Part shown: positions 62,022 to 64,000 of the stretch, in pieces
Position numbering within the stretch: the stretch's first letter is position 1
Layout of the letters: each line of letters opens with the position of its first letter
Assembly: GCF_009834535.1 (NCBI RefSeq)
Contig: NC_045706.1
Coordinates: forward strand, 30,692,001 to 30,756,000
DNA from: Camelus ferus
Lineage: Eukaryota
Length of the DNA: 64,000 bases
Reading direction: 5' to 3'
Translations under genes and position numbers: made by a program
Notes under the pieces: generated by a model
Database searches by the model: none
What the model was told of the DNA's origin: nothing
What the model saw: the letters and a program-made list of their open reading frames with translations, nothing else

Positions 62022-63574
62022 CAAAAACAATTCCAAGTTGCTTGTAGTCATGAGCTCAGTTGAGAGGCACAGTCTGTGCAAACATTCAAATTATTTCCTC
62101 TAAAAAGCAGAGCTATTAGAAAAGAATGATCTGGCTTGGCTCAGAGTCATGTTGAGATGACTAAATGCTTTTTAAAAAAAAAAATCTTCAAAAAAAAAAA
62201 AGGGTTGTGTCCTGGTGTACCAGGAAGATTTTGAGAATAAGCGATTTATCAAGCTATTGAGAGTGTAGGGGGAGGTCCCATCTCCTGAGAAGGACCCTTG
62301 TGAGCCCAAGCTCAGAAAACATGCAATTTCCCTGGAGCAAAGGCTGGTTCCTTAGAAATGGGAAAAGTACCAACTCCTGAACTTTTAAACCCACTGGGGA
62401 GAAAGCTGTAGCATCGAGGCTCCCTTTGCCTGCATCTCTTTCTCCTCACGTGGTGGGTTGTCTTGGCAGAACCAGCACTCCAGCAGTGCCTCTTGGATGG
62501 AGAGGTCCCCCAGCCTCTTAGGAAGCTAACTCCCAGCAGTTCCAAAATTGGCCTCAGAGGTTCTTTTTAATCCTGATACTGCTGGATGGAGGGAGGAAAT
62601 GAGCCAGAACTTGGGTTCCTTTTACCTGGATTTCAAACAAAGACTGTCACCAAGTGCTGGCCTGCAAGTGAGCTGTGTCCACAGGGCAATTTTGTGTTTA
62701 AGTGTGAAATGCCAAAGTGAGATTTCTTTCTTTAACAAATGAACAGGTTTCTTTGATTTGGAAGTGCCCTCTTTGTTGTGTAAGGTTAACATTTACCACC
62801 ACCGGCTGGATCAAGAGTGGCTTTCTGAGTGTTGAGTTCATAATCTGACTTAAAGAAACTTTTCTTCAGCATTTAAAAAAAAATCTTTCAATGTCCTAGA
62901 TTATCTGGATGTTTTAAGAGAAAACTTCTTTTTGTCTTAACATGAATTCAATTCAACCAAGCAAAGATACCTTTGAGTTCTTAATACGACTCCATACTTG
63001 GGAAGACACTAGGAAAAAAAATCAAAAAACGTATAGTTTTGGGGGGAAGCAAGTCCAACAAACCTGAGACAGAGAAGTAACAGCAAGGAGGCCACACCTC
63101 CTACCAACGCACATCTTAACATAAACAGCATATGTGGCCCAGAATTTGTTTTTTTACCTTTCTTGAATTGACTTTAAAAACCTTACCATTTTATATGAAA
63201 GTCATGAGTCCGCTCCCTCTAATTTATACAGATCTTTTCAAATTTTAGAACATGAACCTGTTGATTTTTCTTAGTTCAAAAGCAATATCTACTTGTAAAA
63301 ATGTAAACATCATAGGAATATAAGACACAAGAAAGTACAAATCTCTCACAGTCCCATCCTCCTGAGATAACCACTGTTCATGACTATGGATACTGATTTT
63401 TAAAGGTTACCATCCACATCATGGGTTCTGCAGAGAAGAAATTGGAAATATTAATGATAGAACACAAAGTGAAGCTTTTCAGGACAACTTCACCTCTGCA
63501 AGTTGAAGAGACTAATTATGACCATAGATCATGGGAACTGAATACTTGATAGGTTCATGGGTGTTTTAAAGATT

Positions 63575-64000
63575 CTTTTTTAAGAGCAGTTTACCACAAA
63601 ATTGAGAGGAAGGTACAGAGATTTCTCATATCCCCCTCTCCCCACACCTGCATAGATTTCCCCATTATCAACATCATTCACCAGAATAGTACATTTTTTG
63701 TGAAGGACGAACCTTCATTGACACATCATAATTGCTCAAAGTCTGTAGTTTACCCTTAGAGTTCATGTTTGGTGCTGTACATTCCACAAGTTTGGACAGA
63801 TGTATAATGGTGTATATGTATCATTATAATATCATACAGGGTATTTTCATTGCCCTAAAAATCCTCCTTGCTTTGCATATTCATCTTTCTCTTACCCCCA
63901 CCTCCCTCCCCTTTGGTAACCACTGATCTTTTTATTGTCTACTTAGTTTTGCCTTTTCTGGAATGTCACAGAGTTGGAATCATACCATATGCAGTGTTTT
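63575..64000 (-). mobile_element. L1 (L1MC/MD-like) 3' end, runs off the window
   Basis: 'caaaattgagaggaaggtacagagatttc...cccattatcaacatc...cattgacacatcataat...ggtaaccactgatctttt'. Confidence 0.85.

Overview
Mammalian genomic DNA, most likely a camelid (inferred from a Vic-1-type tRNA-derived SINE at ~24.3 kb). The window holds the 5' ends of two head-to-head genes about 10 kb apart. CEP55 is on the minus strand: a CpG-island promoter and non-coding exon 1 near 8.7-9.0 kb, then coding exons at 7042-6860, 5075-4800 and 2598-2530, continuing off the left edge. MYOF (myoferlin) is on the plus strand: coding exons 1-5 at 18965-19052, 39744-39799, 42050-42141, 56897-57005 and 59372-59459 encode the C2A domain and linker, and the gene continues off the right edge. 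All coding exons have GT-AG boundaries and splice in frame. The rest is intron or intergenic DNA rich in L1, L2, MIR, CR1, LTR and DNA-transposon remnants; repeat family names are from recall, not from a database search. I found no convincing novel protein-coding system, and nearly all ORFs in the track are spurious. The most notable unexplained structures are: (1) a convergent pair of near-consensus CTCF motifs, both at the 3' tail of a MIR, bracketing the MYOF promoter; (2) two related solo LTRs in inverted orientation flanking MYOF exons 2-3; (3) a dense AP-1 motif cluster in MYOF introns 3-4; (4) a short uORF in the MYOF leader; (5) several very small TSD-flanked L1 insertions; and (6) a noisy compound microsatellite that may be an assembly artefact.
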